The position numbers and the translations under genes are program-made. Positions 32,703-48,300 of a DNA stretch of 64,000 nt are shown piece after piece. Source of the DNA: Antedon mediterranea (lineage: Eukaryota > Animalia > Echinodermata); the NCBI RefSeq assembly GCF_964355755.1, contig NC_092672.1, positions 18,985,237-19,049,236 of the forward strand, written 5' to 3'. The notes under the pieces were generated by a model that saw only the letters and a program-made list of their open reading frames with translations, ran no database searches and had not been told where the DNA came from. The first letter of the stretch is position 1, and each line of letters starts with the position of its first letter.

Positions 32703-33446
32703 CTTTGGCGGTGCATAAAATTCCAACGTTAGTCCTTCTGGTCTGCTTACCAGAAGCAGTCGAGACTTTTCCCATTGACTTCTACCTTGCTGATCCTCTC
32801 CTGTTAAATTATTTACAATTCCTTCTCTTACAACAATATCTGAATCCTTAGTACGATGAAAACGACTAGTATCAACATCACCTGAACTTTGTTTACGAAA
32901 TCTATTTCTTATGTTATGTCCAAATTTCCTAAATGACATTTTACGTGACGCAGATTTCTTAATTCGTGCTCCAGAAGAAAGGTCATCTTGAGAATGTGAC
33001 GACTGAATTGCAGAGTTTATCACGTTTCCATTTCCATTTGGGTGATTTAAAAGTGAGGATGAATCTGGAGGGGGCAAAGATGGTGATAATGACTGAAAAC
33101 TCCCTTGTCGAGAGCGTGGAATCTCATTCCGGTTGAAATGTGGACTTGGTTGATGATTTTCAATAATTACATTACCCAGAGTTTTGTTTATTTCATGTTC
33201 AAAGTGTTCTAAGAAGTGTTTAATATATCTGTTTGCATACTGTTTTGCCTTATCTTTCGTTCTCAGTTCTGGCTGATCCATTACATATTCTCCAAAGCAG
33301 TTGGCAAAAATAACTGCAGACTTATGAGCTTCAGTCTCACAAAATGCAGGCCATTGCGGCCATGGGGAGACAAAATCATTTGAATCCATATTGTTGACAG
33401 TCGTTGATCCACCAGGATCCGACAAATGTCCATTCGCCATATCCAT
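32703..33446 (-). CDS. SH2B: SH2B adaptor protein, coding exon 1 (Phe-zipper dimerisation domain + start of PH)
   Basis: WPAFCE..A...A..FA..F...F..HF (phenylalanine zipper); VREG...QWEKSRLLL...LEFYAPPK followed by a GT donor at 32702. Confidence 0.92.
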
Positions 33447-34259
33447 TTTACGCTCTGCCTCTCCTTAGCCTGACATGTGAGGCCTAGCCTACTACGAATT
33501 CGCGATCCTTCGAGCCGAGGCTAGACAGAGCAGCAGTGCAGTACTCACGAAGCATTTCTCCGCCATGCAATACAATTTTGGCTTTTTACTATAAGTAACG
33601 ACCACACTTACATCTTTATAAATCAATATGTCTAACCACCTTTCTTCAAGCTAAATTAACACACATTTAAATATTCCAAAATTGTTAGGATAATAAAGTA
33701 AACCTAGGCTAACCTACTTCCTGCTTTCCAATTCAATTGGTATTTTTATTTCGCAAAAACGCGAGAGGAGATGAGAGAAATTCTTGGAACAACAAACACA
33801 CACATAGCATGCAGCGCGCAGCAGCTAGACAGGGAAACGACGACTGGGTGTGCGCATAGCCCATTAAAAGTGAATTTAACTTGCGCATGTGATGGTTGAA
33901 TAGTTTTTAGTCTATTTATCATAATAAATAAATAATATTTATACAGTAGTTGTTTACTGTATAAATAATAATTGTACTGAATTTGATGCGTTTACCTTTT
34001 TTTATCCCTTATTTAAAAATAATGATAATCTAGTATTTATGTGTGAATATTTTAAATTGTTTTTATTAAATTTATATCAGAAGATTTTGCTAAATTAAAA
34101 TAGGCCTATATATTTGTAATATTCATTAAATTATGATTTATTTAAATTTTACAAAACATTTTTACAAATGACAATAATATATAGGCGGTTTAGAATTAAT
34201 GTCCTTTGCCTAATGTGTTTATATAATTATTATATATATATAGGCCTATATATTTATAC

Positions 34260-34460
34260 GGCAGCACTTGCCAGTTTTTATACTAACGTTATCCAAATTC
34301 CTTCACTTGAACTGATGAACTAGTTGCCCGAAAGCTCTGCTATAACTTTTCTGGCTGTTTTACTTTATCGTTTTGATTTAGCTTTTTTTTTGTATCTCCA
34401 TTGAGATCCAGCCACTGACACCCACAGCATTGTCATTTTTCAGTAATTTGCCTTTGGATT
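34260..34460 (+). mobile_element. Degraded Penelope-type pseudo-LTR with a hammerhead-like core
   Basis: CTGATGA-actagttgccc-GAAAGCTC at 34312-34337; the stem II 5' arm appears eroded. Confidence 0.45.
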
Positions 34461-36870
34461 TATATATATTTATACGATAATAATTAGGCATCTAGTGAAA
34501 ATTTTTGGAAATGTGTGCCTTTGCATTGACACATTAAAATACAGTTACATACATAAAACAGTAAAAGTAAATTAAATACAAATGAGTAGGCCTACGTTAC
34601 GGTAAATAATAAAATTACCGCTGTAAAAACTTCAGCATCTGAGCAACGATTGTTAGAATGGCGCTAGGCCTATCAAAAAATTGATTGTTGAATAAAATTG
34701 AATTTGTGTAAAAAGAATTTTAGTAGTACGAGGTGGTACACAATAATTTAAATATGCCATTCTATAAAATTGATAACTGTAATGAATTTAGAGAATTTGT
34801 TTTGTCTTGAATAATCTGGTATAAATTGTTTCTAAGGTTAAAAAACAACCCTTTAAGGCCTACGTTTAGCAGCTTCAATATTGAACGTTCAAATTATTAT
34901 TATTATAAGTTTTCAAGTTTTATTGTTGTTTTTTTCGTCATCTACAATTTAAATTAAAGTTAAAATGCTGAGGACAACTACTAATTTTAAAATCATTTTT
35001 TACGTTAATAGTTTTCTTTAAAAATGCTTTGTTTGCTTTGCATCGTGTAATTTCTGAGTGAGTTGTAAAATTGGTTGTCTATAAGTAGTATTATGATTTT
35101 TATTTTAATATTGATTCTCTAATAGTACAGAAATAATCCGATGAATATCTGAGTGGTAATGTTTCCGTTAGCCGATTCATTAATGAGATTTATTACACTA
35201 TTTCCTTTTGTACTCGTTACAATTTCTTTCCAAGTTTTCCATAGCTTCTTACTATCCGTTCTATTATTAGCAATAGAAGAATGGGAATAATCTCTTTGAA
35301 GATGTCACCTGATATCGTTCTCTATTTCTATGTAATTTATAAAAGTTCCAGTTCGCAAATAATAAATCAGTATAATATATATTATGTACTGGATCATGGT
35401 GGTCACAATAAGTATAGGAATAGACTTTAAGCAGAGAATTGAACACCATTAACAAAATATAAAAACATTACATTGAGGCTACAGTCAATAATTAAATAAA
35501 CACTAATAAATAAAATAAAGAGTGGTTTATAACATTGGTGCGTTTAGCTTTTTCTGAGGAATTTGACTTCCCGGCGCAATTTAGACAAATCTTGATTTTA
35601 CACGTGGTGGTAGGTAATGTACCGTACTTTATACCTTGATTTTGATGACAGGAGCACGAAGTCACAGTACATTTCATTAAATATAGAATTAAAATAGAAG
35701 TGCCTGTTCACAATCGGTATCACACCACCGTACAAAGTTATCAATTTAGAAATTAATGTATCATCATCCAGTTATAACAGTATCGTCTGCATATTTAATT
35801 ATTGAACAGTTCTCAATGTGCTCTGGCAACCATTTGTAGGCCCATAACCTACAAACATAAAACAGCTCCTGTACTGTTTGTTGTAATCATGATTTGTTTT
35901 TAAAATTTGTTTATTTTAACATATTGATAAATAATATATAAATTTAGTAATCGGAGGCCTTTATCATGGAGTTGTGTATACTGTTAATTAATTAATTAAA
36001 GGTCATCAAGTTATGGTGCAATACCGTACCTGCAAACAACAAACCATCCAGCTATTCACACGTGAGAAGACGACGCCGGATGGATCAATTACTGTATAGA
36101 GAATTGAACTGGCCGAAGTAGAATAGCTTCTTGCACCCGTCGTATACTTTTTTGTATAGGCTATATCTATATAATGTACATTTTTCAAGATAATTAGTAA
36201 AAGAGTTACGTTTCCATATTGTGTTTTAAATTGTATTTCTAAGCTTCTATGTTTCTAAGCTCAGGTAAACAAATATCATGTATGCAATATTATGTGACAA
36301 TAAATTGAATCTTGAATCTAGTGAATGATTTTATGCAAAGTTAGTGATTCCATTACAAAACAAACTTTTCTCTATTGATTGGTCAAAACACTTTCTAGAC
36401 CCGTGTTTTCAATGCCAACAACCATTTAAGACCACTGTTGGAGTGAATCCATTATATATCTCACTAACAAATATCAGTTTTATGCAAATTAGTGATATTA
36501 TTACGCAAAAATAAACTTTTCGTTATAAGATGATAAAGAATAGAATGATTTTGTGAACATTTAAAAAACTTTGAGCCAATAAGTTGCCAATTTGGAGAAA
36601 CTGAAAGGACAATAGGCCTCCTATCTAAATATACTGCAATAAAATAATGACATTTAAAATCAAGATGTAATAAATTTTTCTAAATCTATTTTCATCCAAA
36701 ATGATTTAATTTCTACATTCTCCTCTTCATCATGCTTTAAAAGATTAACGAGTTTGGTGGAACACTGGTTCCAAAAATCCTCAGGTGTCTCTTTTCATCC
36801 AATTCTTCCTCGTATAGGCCTACGGCTTCGGCTTTGTATTATTTATACGAAGTATAAACACGGTGACTAA

Positions 36871-36976
36871 AGCTATCTCTACACTATCAAACTTTATGTG
36901 CCAACAAAATGTAATTTTTGGGCATATCACTACCATTTGGGCACATCATACTTTTTTTGTTGGTGTAGACAGAGCT
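36871..36976. mobile_element. Short Harbinger-like MITE
   Basis: Imperfect TIR AGCTATCTCTACAC/GTGTAGACAGAGCT; TAA on both sides. Confidence 0.6.
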
Positions 36977-37904
36977 TAACATGATCGATGTTAGTCTTTA
37001 ATTAAATCCACACGACAGAGAGTAAGGCGAAGATCAACTTCTGGTAGGAAGTCAAATCTGCACCTTCCCCAACAATTTGCCTTCCCCAACAATTTGTTGT
37101 TTGTAGTTTAGCATGGACGACGTAGGCCCACCAGAACTGACAAATGGTCCGTACCTCTCATGCGTTTCAGCAATTTATCTTCTAACGTTGTCCGTGCCAA
37201 GTTAATGCAAAAAAAACAAACCAATGTAGTTAAACCTATCCGTCGTTTGTATCTTAACCACCATGAGGAAGAGTGGGATTGGTCGAGATATAATTTTATT
37301 TGGTAAAGATATCTTGATTTATTTGGTTTAATGGAAACCATAATTTGCATAAAACCAACATAATTATACAGTATGGAGGCCTACTGCATATTTTTTTTAA
37401 TCCACAATTCCGGCAATAATTTGAATACAATTAATATAGGCCTAACTTGTCATTTACATAATAATATGTGTGCTTCAAACGATCCTTGACCATGAAAAAT
37501 GGGAGACACGTACTGAGTTTGTTGATTTATATCATTGGTATTGGTGGTAATAGGGGGTAAAAAGATTTTTGTAATGGCTGCACTAATTTGTATATAATCA
37601 TTCGCAAGCAAAATTTACTTTTCCATATTTATGCCAATGAGACTCAAATATACTGTGAATATAACACCAAGAAACAAGGAGAAACATTCTTGCTGTTTAA
37701 CGTCTTCAAAACTGTATAAATGAAATGAGCAACAATGTGAATTAGGTAAACAAACATGGGCAAAACCGAATTCATTGTATTTGGCTTAGTTTAGTACATA
37801 GTATGAATGTTCACGGAGGAAAATTGGTCATTCGATGACGCATCAACAAGATATCCTAATTCACTTATACTTTTATTTGTTATGTTTAATCCAGCGCAAA
37901 TGTT

Positions 37905-38033
37905 GGGACCTCCTTAGGATCAGGTCTGCTGGGCCATATGCAGAGGAGGGACCTCCTTAGGATCAGGTCTGGTGGGCCATATGCAGAGGAGGGACCTCCT
38001 TAGGATCAGGTCTGGTGGGCCATATGCAGAGGA
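37905..38033. repeat. 43-bp tandem repeat x3
   Basis: GGGACCTCCTTAGGATCAGGTCTGGTGGGCCATATGCAGAGGA. Confidence 0.9.
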
Positions 38034-38239
38034 AAATGTGTCTGGCAGTGACGACTTAATGCTCAGTGAGATGTGTTGGCTCTTTTCAATTTGTTTCATG
38101 TGGTATCCCAATACTGTACAAGTTTTGGTCTAGCAAATTTGTATCCTCTCTTTTTTTTGACACCATGGCTTCATATGCAGCAGAGACCGCGACAGACATG
38201 CAGATCTGATATTGGTACCTTGCTCGTTTGACCCAGAAA

Positions 38240-38905
38240 TACAAAATCCAGTTATGGCTAGTGTGGGATAGTTTTTGTATAGGGGCGGGAAGTACACAAT
38301 CTATTTATGGCCAGTGTGGGATAGTTCTTGTATAGGGGCGGGAAGTACAAAATCCAGTTATGGCTAGTGTGGGATAGTTTTTGTATAGGGGCGGGAAGTA
38401 CAAAATCTAGTTATGGCTAGTGTGGAATAGTTCTTGTATAGGGGCCGAAAGTACAAAATCCAGTTATGGCTAGTGTGGGATAGTTTTTGTATAGGGGCAG
38501 GAACGGGGGCAGGAAGTACAAAATCCAGTTATGGCTAGTGTGGGATAGTTCTTGTATAGGGGCGGGAAGTAAAAAATCCAGTTATGGCTAGTGTGGGATA
38601 GTTTTTGTATAGGGGCGGGAAGTACAAAATCCAGTTATGGCTAGTGTGGGATAGTTCTTGTATAGGGGCGGGAAGTAAAAAATCCAGTTATGGCTAGTGT
38701 GGGATAGTTCTTGTATAGGGTCGGGAAATAAAAAATCCAGTTATGGCTAGTGTGGGATAGTTTTTGTATAGGGGCGGGAAGTACAAAATCCAGTTATGGC
38801 TAGTGTGGGATAGTTCTTGTATAGGGGCGGGAAGTACAAAATCCAGTTATGGCTAGTGTGGAATAGTTCTTGTATAGGGGTGGGAAGTACAAAATCTAGT
38901 TATGA
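38240..38905. repeat. 53-bp minisatellite, ~12 copies, with a degenerate tail to ~39065
   Basis: Unit TACAAAATCCAGTTATGGCTAGTGTGGGATAGTTTTTGTATAGGGGCGGGAAG. Confidence 0.93.
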
Positions 38906-39344
38906 CTAGCTTGCGTTGAATAGTATTGTATACAGGCTTATCACTGGCTTCTTGCGTGGAATAGTTTCTGTATCCAGTTATTACCCAACTTGTGTGGAAT
39001 AGTTTCTGTATCCAGTTATTACCCAACTTGTGTGGAATAGTTTTTGTATACGGGCGAAAAGTACACACAAAATAACAATGAAACTATCAAACAAACTATT
39101 TTTAATAACTAATACTGTAATATTATGCATAGTTCCACAGCTGCAAGGTCTGTACATTTTGTATCAAAATTTCAACTTTCAATACACAAAAATGCAATCC
39201 AGTGGTCTAGACGTGTTCTTTTTGTTTTTAAATCTCTTCTTCATCTGATAATAATTATGGTAGTCATGACAAAGTACACCATTGTTGTAAACTATTCAAT
39301 TTGGCAAATGATAATTTTCTAAGCATACTGTGTTGTTATCCGAG

Positions 39345-42300
39345 TTAATTAATTTTGCATCTTTTTCTTGTCAAAGGTGGTGTACTTCTACCTTTGGATG
39401 TTCTTTTTTGCATGGTTCCTTCTTTTTGATTGGTCTTTGACAATTGGAACTGTGACGAAATGTCAATGATTTCTTCATGAATGTAGTGAATGCTTCCATT
39501 TTCAGTAGATGGAGTAATCACATTCATATTATTTGTACTTTTCTCAACTGGATTATTGTGATCTGTCCCCACATTCAAAACAATTGTCGGATCTTGATGT
39601 ATTGCTATATTTGGTTGTTCTTGAGTTCCTTCACTGGAATCATGCTCAAATTCTTGAGATGCCTCAACTTGCTGCAAATTTGATGTCAACACAGATGGTA
39701 CCAGTTCTTCTGATGTAATAACATCACTCTGTACAAAATGCTGTACAGATATGTTCCCATCGGTTCCAAGCTGACTTACTGTGTTTGTAGTATCACCAGT
39801 TTGGTGACCAATAGCATTTGATGTCGCACCACCAATGTGGACGCAATCATGAGTTTCAATGACATTCTGAACAAGATCATCTGTAGGCTCGCTATCTGAA
39901 TTAACAAACTCCTGACATGGCTCTTGAGATTGTATGGTAACATTGTAAAGTCCTTCTTGGTTATTGTCAATGAGGTTCATTGTCATGTCAGATGATGTCA
40001 TTCCAAGAAAGCATTGACTAAGTTTACTCATATTAAACTGTACAAAGTCTTTGAATTGTTGCTCTAAACTTCGAGCAATGAACTGTGACTCTAGAAGAAC
40101 AGAGGCTGGCATTTTACTCAAGATCCCCTGTTGAAGTGATTGCAATTGTTCACGTAACAACTTCTTTTCTTCATATAATATTTCAATCTGTGAAAAATTT
40201 ATGAATAAACAAGTACTGTAGTAAGATTATTTAAACAATAATACAAAAAAGTGTCTTTGCAAGTTTTGCCATTAAAGCCTGCTTTCCACTAAGTGTATTT
40301 AGTCACATAAATCCAATGTTTCGCAGAGAAAAAAATCACATTACACTTTTTAGTCGCGTGGACGCGACTCTATAGTTCACTATGTCGGTCAGTCTGTCGG
40401 TCTGTCTGTCGGTCCGGTATCACTATGCGTTTTAGCACGCGACTTATGGCTGTTGGCCTTGTTATTACAAGAGTAAGTAACTGCAATTTCATTTCCATCG
40501 CCTATCTATTAAGCTTTTTGATTTGAAAGATTGCTTATGAACATGTGACAATTCATTTCCTGATCACTGATTGGCAAAATTATTGTGTGACCTACTAATT
40601 TTACTGAAGGGAGAAACTTAAGGAACTAGAAGTCATTGCAGAAAGGAAGATGGAAATACCAATGCTATGCGTCTGATTCACATTAATAAATTTGTCTATG
40701 GAAAACAAACTTTGTGCGCACTTCAGCGGTAGTGCTTGCGGTACCCATAGATTGTACCCATACAATTTAATAGTGATGTTTTTACAGACTTCCAAACTTG
40801 GAAATATGAGATATTGGGAGGTTTTAAGAAAACAGGGTCAAACCATTGAGGGTGCTACAAAAAGTCTTAGTAGATATAGCTCTATATCTATTAGCCTTAT
40901 AAGTTATCGCCTTAATAGATATAGCTTTATTACCTATTAAGGTACCTACTAATAAGTAGATTTTAGGCCGATTTTAGATAGGTCCTAATAGGTTTTACCT
41001 CATTAGCATAATTCAAAATCCTCACTAATAGTATTAGATAGATTTTTGACTATTTTTAATCTGTGAGTAACACAGTTGTATACATCTATCTATTGTCTAC
41101 TTACAATAGCTATACCAAGGGTTACCAGCAACCTATTAATAGACATAAACAAACTGATAATAGCCAGTAACTGTTAATAAACAATCTATTTTATACAATA
41201 TATGGACTACCAGATAGCTATTAGAAATCTATGAGTATCATATCTATCAACTGTCTACTTATAATAGCTATACAAAGGCTACCAATAACCTATCAATAGA
41301 CTGTTAACAAATAATTAATAGCCAGTAACTATTAATCAACTATCTGTTTTATATAGCTGGGAAGTAGTCATTCCATCGTTGACTCATTGAGTTAAAATCC
41401 TTAGTAGGCGAGATAAAAAGGTCTACTTAAAAACTATTAGGGCTACTAAAAATAGAGCTATTTCTACTTACGACTACTTAAATCTACTAATTTCTTTGGC
41501 TATGGGTACTGTATATTGGGAGCTGTAAATGTGTAAACTCATTATTTCACTTATTGAACAACGATTTAAGTGATTTTAAACATCTTACGGACCGATATTA
41601 GTATGTTTTATATTCTCTTATCAATATCTGGAGTAGTAACGATTATAAATTTATACATTTTTTCTTTTGGTTTATCAGATTTAGGAGACCGGAAAATTAC
41701 AAGAAATATTGGGAGACTTTGCCATTATCAGGAGAGTTGGGAGGTCTGCTTTTGTCTTCCATTTTAATTACAACAAGAACACAACATTAGAAAAGTTATA
41801 AGTTATTGTTTAAAAAACTCCCTAATATAATAAAGTCATAAAGTACCCTATGTTGGTATTGTCTTTCCATTTCTGCTTTTTCTTCTTTTAATGTGCTTAT
41901 CTGCTTTTGCAGTTCTTCTATTATTCTCTCTGATTTTCTCACTTCACCTGTTTCTTCAGATGTTATCAAAACTATTTCACCATTACTACCTGAAACAACA
42001 CAGTAATTAAAAAAATAAATACACTAAAATACATTATTTAAAAAACATTTGTAAAAAAATGTATTCCATATATATTACTACAAAATGAAAAAATAAAAAA
42101 AACACTTTGCCTTAATTTGTAAAATAAAAAAACAAATTTGTAAATTTTAGTCAACTCTTCCAATACCGGACACCTTTAAGCTGGTCCAATGTCAGGTTTT
42201 CCAGAAATTTCGGCATTCCGAATGTGTTTTTAATGTTAAAAAAAAGTTTTGGACGTTGGACCTAAGAAATGGGTTTGGTTGATTGAGAGTTGACAGTAGT

Positions 42301-45300
42301 TTTTTTTTGTTTAATGTGAATATAACTCTATCTATTGTAAGAAATCAAGGTGATTTGATAAATAATGGGGAAGTTTTGCAGCCTTACAAATATGAAAATA
42401 GATATGCGTCTACATTTGTCAAACTTTTAAGCTGATCCCCTGAGTTGTACTGTAAATGTGTATTTGTGTTGTTGAATATCAGCCTATTTGTAATTACAGA
42501 TCTATTTTGTCACATTTTGCATTGAATCAAGAATATATGATTACAATAAACAATTTATTGGAAGTAATTTACTAAAAATTGTCAATTTGACTTTTTTTTA
42601 AAAATAGAAGTTCTTGCTCACTCTCATTTTACACTAGAACTAGTAAGACAAGTACAATACAAGTGCACGCTCAATATTTTTTTGCTATCTATGTGAATAC
42701 TGGTTTATGAAGACCAAGAGGTACTTGTGATAAATTCGATTCATTCATATTAGCAAGGTTGCGAAGCCTTCCTATTAACTAACCAACAGTTCCTTCATGT
42801 GTTTCAGATATAATGTATTCATCTTTATCAATTTCAAGTGTGGTAGGCTCAACATGAAAAAAGCTGTTTAATCCATGTTGTAAGTTGGACCGTGCGTTCA
42901 TCTTAGCATACATTTTAAAGCTCATTGGACCGCTCTGTTTGTTGTACATGTCAATAATGTTGGGCTGGTTAATATCCTGAAAGATGAATGAGTATAACAC
43001 ATCAACAAAGATAACATGAACAATGTGTCATTAGCAACACACTTTTAAACATTTTCCTTTCTTTTAATATTTTTTAGATGATAAACTATTGTATAGTATG
43101 TTGTATTATAACAGAAAACTTTTCAGTAGTGCACTCTAACAAATGAGCTTTAGGTTTATTGAAATGCGTTTTTAAATGTTACTACTCATGAGTTTTTTTT
43201 ATTCGGACTGTGATCAATATATCAAAAGAAATATATATACTGGGTAATAAATAATAAAAAAATAACATTTAATTACATATTTGTTATCAAACAAAAATCT
43301 ATTTAGTTCATACTTGTGCTATCTGTATTTGGAATGTAGTTGCAGGATTTTTAAAATGTGTCTTGAAATGTTTGAGTGCCTCATCTTTACGATTGAATGC
43401 ATTTTTACATCGAAAGCAATGCCAGTGAGCACCTTTAAACTTTTTCTCTTCTTTGATAACTCCCTGAATAAAGCAGTTGTTGGAACAGCGTAGTATTCGG
43501 AGACCTATTTAAAAAAAATCTTATCATTATTCAAGCTAAGCAATTACTTATAATATACTGTACTGTATAAGTAATTGCTTGTACATTAACATGTATTAGA
43601 TTATCTTATATGCCGACATACACATTTGAGCCGCAGCATATTGCGTAGTATGCTAAATCTCTGGTTGTAGTAATGGTGGTACATAGTTGATAGCGCACAC
43701 TCTTTCAGATAAGATATTAAAGCCCCATTCCCTACGTTTTTTAGATCTAATTTAAGATCACAAACTATATTTAATGTAAAAATAATACTATATGGTCCTA
43801 TTGCGATAACTTTTTTCGTCTTTAAACGGTTAAAAATGTGAAAAATAAGTCGATTCTAATAATTATAGCGGCCCGCTATAAATCCCAAAATGCATTGCGC
43901 GCGGATTGATATTTTTGTTTTTCACCTGTAATTCGCCCACTTTTCGATCGATCGTGAGGCCAAAACAAATGGAAGACTCCTAACTTTTCAGCGAAAATAC
44001 CGGGTTTTCCCCAATTTGTATCAACGGAGTCTGGCAAAAATAGAAAGACAATTAATGCAGCAACTATACAACGTCAGGCTAGGTATATAGCTAGCGTACG
44101 ATGTTCGTACGTTACCGATGTTTACCAGCTAGACCTACAAAACTAAGCCTAGCTAGGCTAGGCCTAAGACCGTCCACGAGAGGTCGATCGCCGCGAGCTA
44201 CTTAGGTAGTGCATTGTTGTTCACTTTTTATCATAATTTACCATAAAACGTACATTTAAGACAAGGAATGACATGGTTTAATGTTTTTAAAGTGATAATT
44301 GATATATATGTATTATTTTCAAAAAAACGTCCAAAATTGCAGGGAAGGGTCTTTAAGCTGTAGGTCATGTACACAATAAAGAAAAAAGTTCACTCCTCAA
44401 AAAAAGTAGGGATTGCTTCCCAATTCATCAAAATAATAACATTTGACATTATACTGTATGTAATATAGTTAGAGTATAATATTGTAACAGTATAGGTTAT
44501 TAGCTTGAATCAGTAGACAATAGAACTTGATGCAAAGCACAGCGCAATATTCTACATTTTGGTTTTTATTACTTGTTTTTTCTCACAAAAATCTCTATAA
44601 AGAGACAATTTCAGTTTGTTTGTTAGTTGTCCCCCGAATTTAAACATTTGTTGTCACGACCTCCTTTTCTTTTCTTGAAGTGGATTTTGTTTTTTATCGT
44701 TTATGGGTCTTACATGACAAGTAATCTCTTCTTGCAAGATTCTATTACTGGTATTGTATTGGTTTCAAAAAATATATGGTATTTTATTGTTATAAATAAT
44801 ATTTTTTACCAGACAAAACTGAAATAAATAGACCTTTCATCATTCACTTCATGCCATTATTTGTACCATTCCACTCATAAACATTCATTATTTGACATCT
44901 GCTTTATGCAACAGAACAATTTTGACATACATGTTCTCTATCCAGCTCTATATAATCTCATAAATTACTCATGGTTTCTGCTTTATTAGAATGATAGGGG
45001 AAACAAATAATACATTCTGGAGTACTTACACTACAGTAGTACTTAGGTCATTTGATGACAGAAACAGGTTCTTTCTTGTTTATATACTCACCTGCAAAGT
45101 CCACTCCTTTATCAACATGTTTTACTCTATAATGTGCCCTCAGTATAAACATGTCAGTAAAAACACACTTGACAGGACAAAATGGACAATGCATATGTTG
45201 TCCTTTTGAAGTGCTACCCTCGCAGTCTTCCATCCTACATACTCCTGCTGCCCATTCTAGCTCAGTGCCTTTGATTCGAACAGAAGGGTGTGTCTATTAA

Positions 45301-48300
45301 AATATAGCAACATTTCAAACAGCTCTTTTAGTAAGTCTCAACATCATGATAAAAATAGTTAAATGTTTCTCTTTTTACTTGTCTATTGTTATAATTACAT
45401 ACATGTCAAGTCCCACGCATTTGGCTCTGCTTTTATTTAACCCAAACTCTCCCGCCGTGCACCTAAAATTTCACTTTTTCACAAATCTTTTTTTGTTGAA
45501 TTTCTTGAAATAGTTTGATTTTACCTATAATCACTGGTCCTAGGCCACAACAACGTAGTACAGTATGTTAATGAATTTGGAATGTTTCATTTTGTCACAA
45601 TTGAGGGTTGGGGACAGGGGGTTAGTTAGAGGTGGGATCTACCTAAAACTTGACATGTGTAGTTATTAATATTTGGTTCTAAGTTGTATCTCTGGTGCCC
45701 TGGATCCCAAAGGCCTGGTGCAATTCATGGTTAGTTAGGTTGCGGTAAAATTAACTTCCGGTATTTTGTATGGATATTCGCCAACTATAGTAAGTTTTAC
45801 CAAATTCGTTTGGTAGTGCTATTTTGTATTATTAGGTATCTGCAATATTTTCGCCATTTATTATGTATTTTTAAAAATGTGTTTATTAGGTAGATTATTT
45901 CTCTGGGTATATGAAAATTTATCATAATGCCAATTTAATTGATTCTTTTTGTCTTTTATGGGTCCTGAAAAAAGGACATAACAAGCTTTTTGAAATGGAC
46001 ATTGTAAAAAAAGTTGTTGTCAATTTGTTACTTTAAAAGTTTCTCAAAATGGTTTCAGAGAAAATTTAATATATTATTTGAAAAAAAGTTAACTTGATAG
46101 CAAAATAATTACTATATATAGAGGATAGGCCGTAGCACACCTAAAAAAAAATGTCAACACAAAAATAAAATCAACCGATTTGATAATTTCCTTTGCAACT
46201 GAAATGGAACAAAAGTGTATTATTCTGGCAGCTCATTTTTTAGGATAATATAATGATAAATGTATAAATGATATAGGCATATCTTATCGATCAGTTAAAA
46301 CAAACAGTGTTATATAAAACAATGAGTAGGCTACTTATTGATTTGCATAATTGACAAGTATACAGTATGTCTATTGTTATTTAATATTATTATTATGGTT
46401 AAGACTACTGTATCAACGCTTTACAAAATTGATGTACTGTGATCAGAACAAAATCGATGTACTGTGACCAGAGACTACTACTACTGTAAAAGTACAGTAC
46501 TACACGAAGGGAGAGGGGCATCCCCTTTATTTATGCAGCCTACTGTACAATTCTGTATTATTTTGTGTTCAAATTGCGCAAGAATATCAATTAGGTAATT
46601 TATGCACGTGTAAGCTATTTTAACTGTTAGGAGGGGACTTTGCGATGGGTCACTGTGTTGGGGGATTTTGCATTGGGTGTCTTTGCGATGGCCGAATTGA
46701 CACCAGATACCTACTAGAGCAATAAATCCTACCACCAGAGAGCAGCCACCTTTTTGGAATTGATTATTAAGGGTATATTGCAAATTTCAAAGCTTAATTC
46801 TTTCAGAAACAGTTGAATTTCTCGCCGTCGTATTCCAGAACCGCATGCGTTTGATAAATATTGTAGCAACGAAACGAACGCATTCATCCGTGTCTCTTGT
46901 GTATTGTATTCAACGGTCAACTATGAGGTGCTACCGATGAATTTATTTGGTCAAATAAAATCAGAAATTCATTTCTGTACACTATAACATTTATTAAAAA
47001 TAAATAAAACTTAATGCTACCTTTTGTCAGTGATGGTAATTGTATGTTAAAATAGAGTAAACTCATTATAGAATAGGAATGTGGAAAGAGAAAATAAAAA
47101 CAGAAGTTTAAACTTGATATTACCGTGTATTTTATGTCTGGCCACTGCACTATGTCAGAGTGGTGAAATAGAAAACATACAACATTTGTTATTTAATTGC
47201 CAAGCTCTTCTTAATGCTATAAGAGAGATTGAATTAGTAAAGCTAAATAATGACCTTGACATTTTGGATGAGTCTGCAACATGGGAATATTTTATAAATG
47301 CTAATGTTAATGAAAAAACAATTTTAGTTTTAGGGGGGACATTAACATGGATCTTAGTAAAGCTGTCTTTGGCAGCATTGATAAATATTGTAAACATTTT
47401 CTTGAAGTTGCCTGGGAAAAAAGATCGGAGTTTAAAAAGAGCTAATTTGCATTGTTGCTAAAAAAAAAGTTAAAATTTAAAGTTAAAAGTTAAGAAAAGC
47501 CACTGCATTGATTTTGTTTTACTATTGTATTTAATGTCTATGTATCGTGATATAATGAATGTTCGTGTGCCCATGAAACTGATACAAAGGTACTCCGAAC
47601 GAGGTGTACAGTATAATATGCATGCAATCTGTGCCTATACCTATCACAGTATAATATGCATGCAATCTGTGCCTATACCTATCACAGTATAATATGCATG
47701 CAATCTGTGCCTATACCTATCACAGTATAATATGCATGCAATCTGTGCCTATACCTATCACAGTATAATATGCATGCAATCTGTGCCTATACCTATCACA
47801 GTATAATATGCATGCAATCTGTGCCTATACCTATCACAGTATAATAATTAATATGCATGCAATCTGTGCCTATACCTATCACAGTATAATATGCATGCAA
47901 TCTGTGCCTATACCTATCACAGTATAATATGCATGCAATCTGTGCCTATACCTATCACAGTTTCTCCAACAGTATCCGTTATTATGTTATCGTACTGTAT
48001 GTTATTTGTTATGTTATCGTTACCGATTTTGAAATACGAAACATGATAAAAACATTATGAAAAAAAAATGATAGAAATCGCGAAATGAAACATCAACCAA
48101 TTCGTACAGCACCCAGAGTGCACGAAAACGATGACAAAGGGAAATAATTAAAATTAATGTGCAAAAAAAAAAAATCGTATGCTATTATAATTTGTTATGT
48201 TATTGTTACCGATTTTGACATACAAAACATGATAAAAACATAATGTCAAAAGAAAGACTAATCGCGCAATCGATTGGTGTATTTTATGTGACTGACTAAG

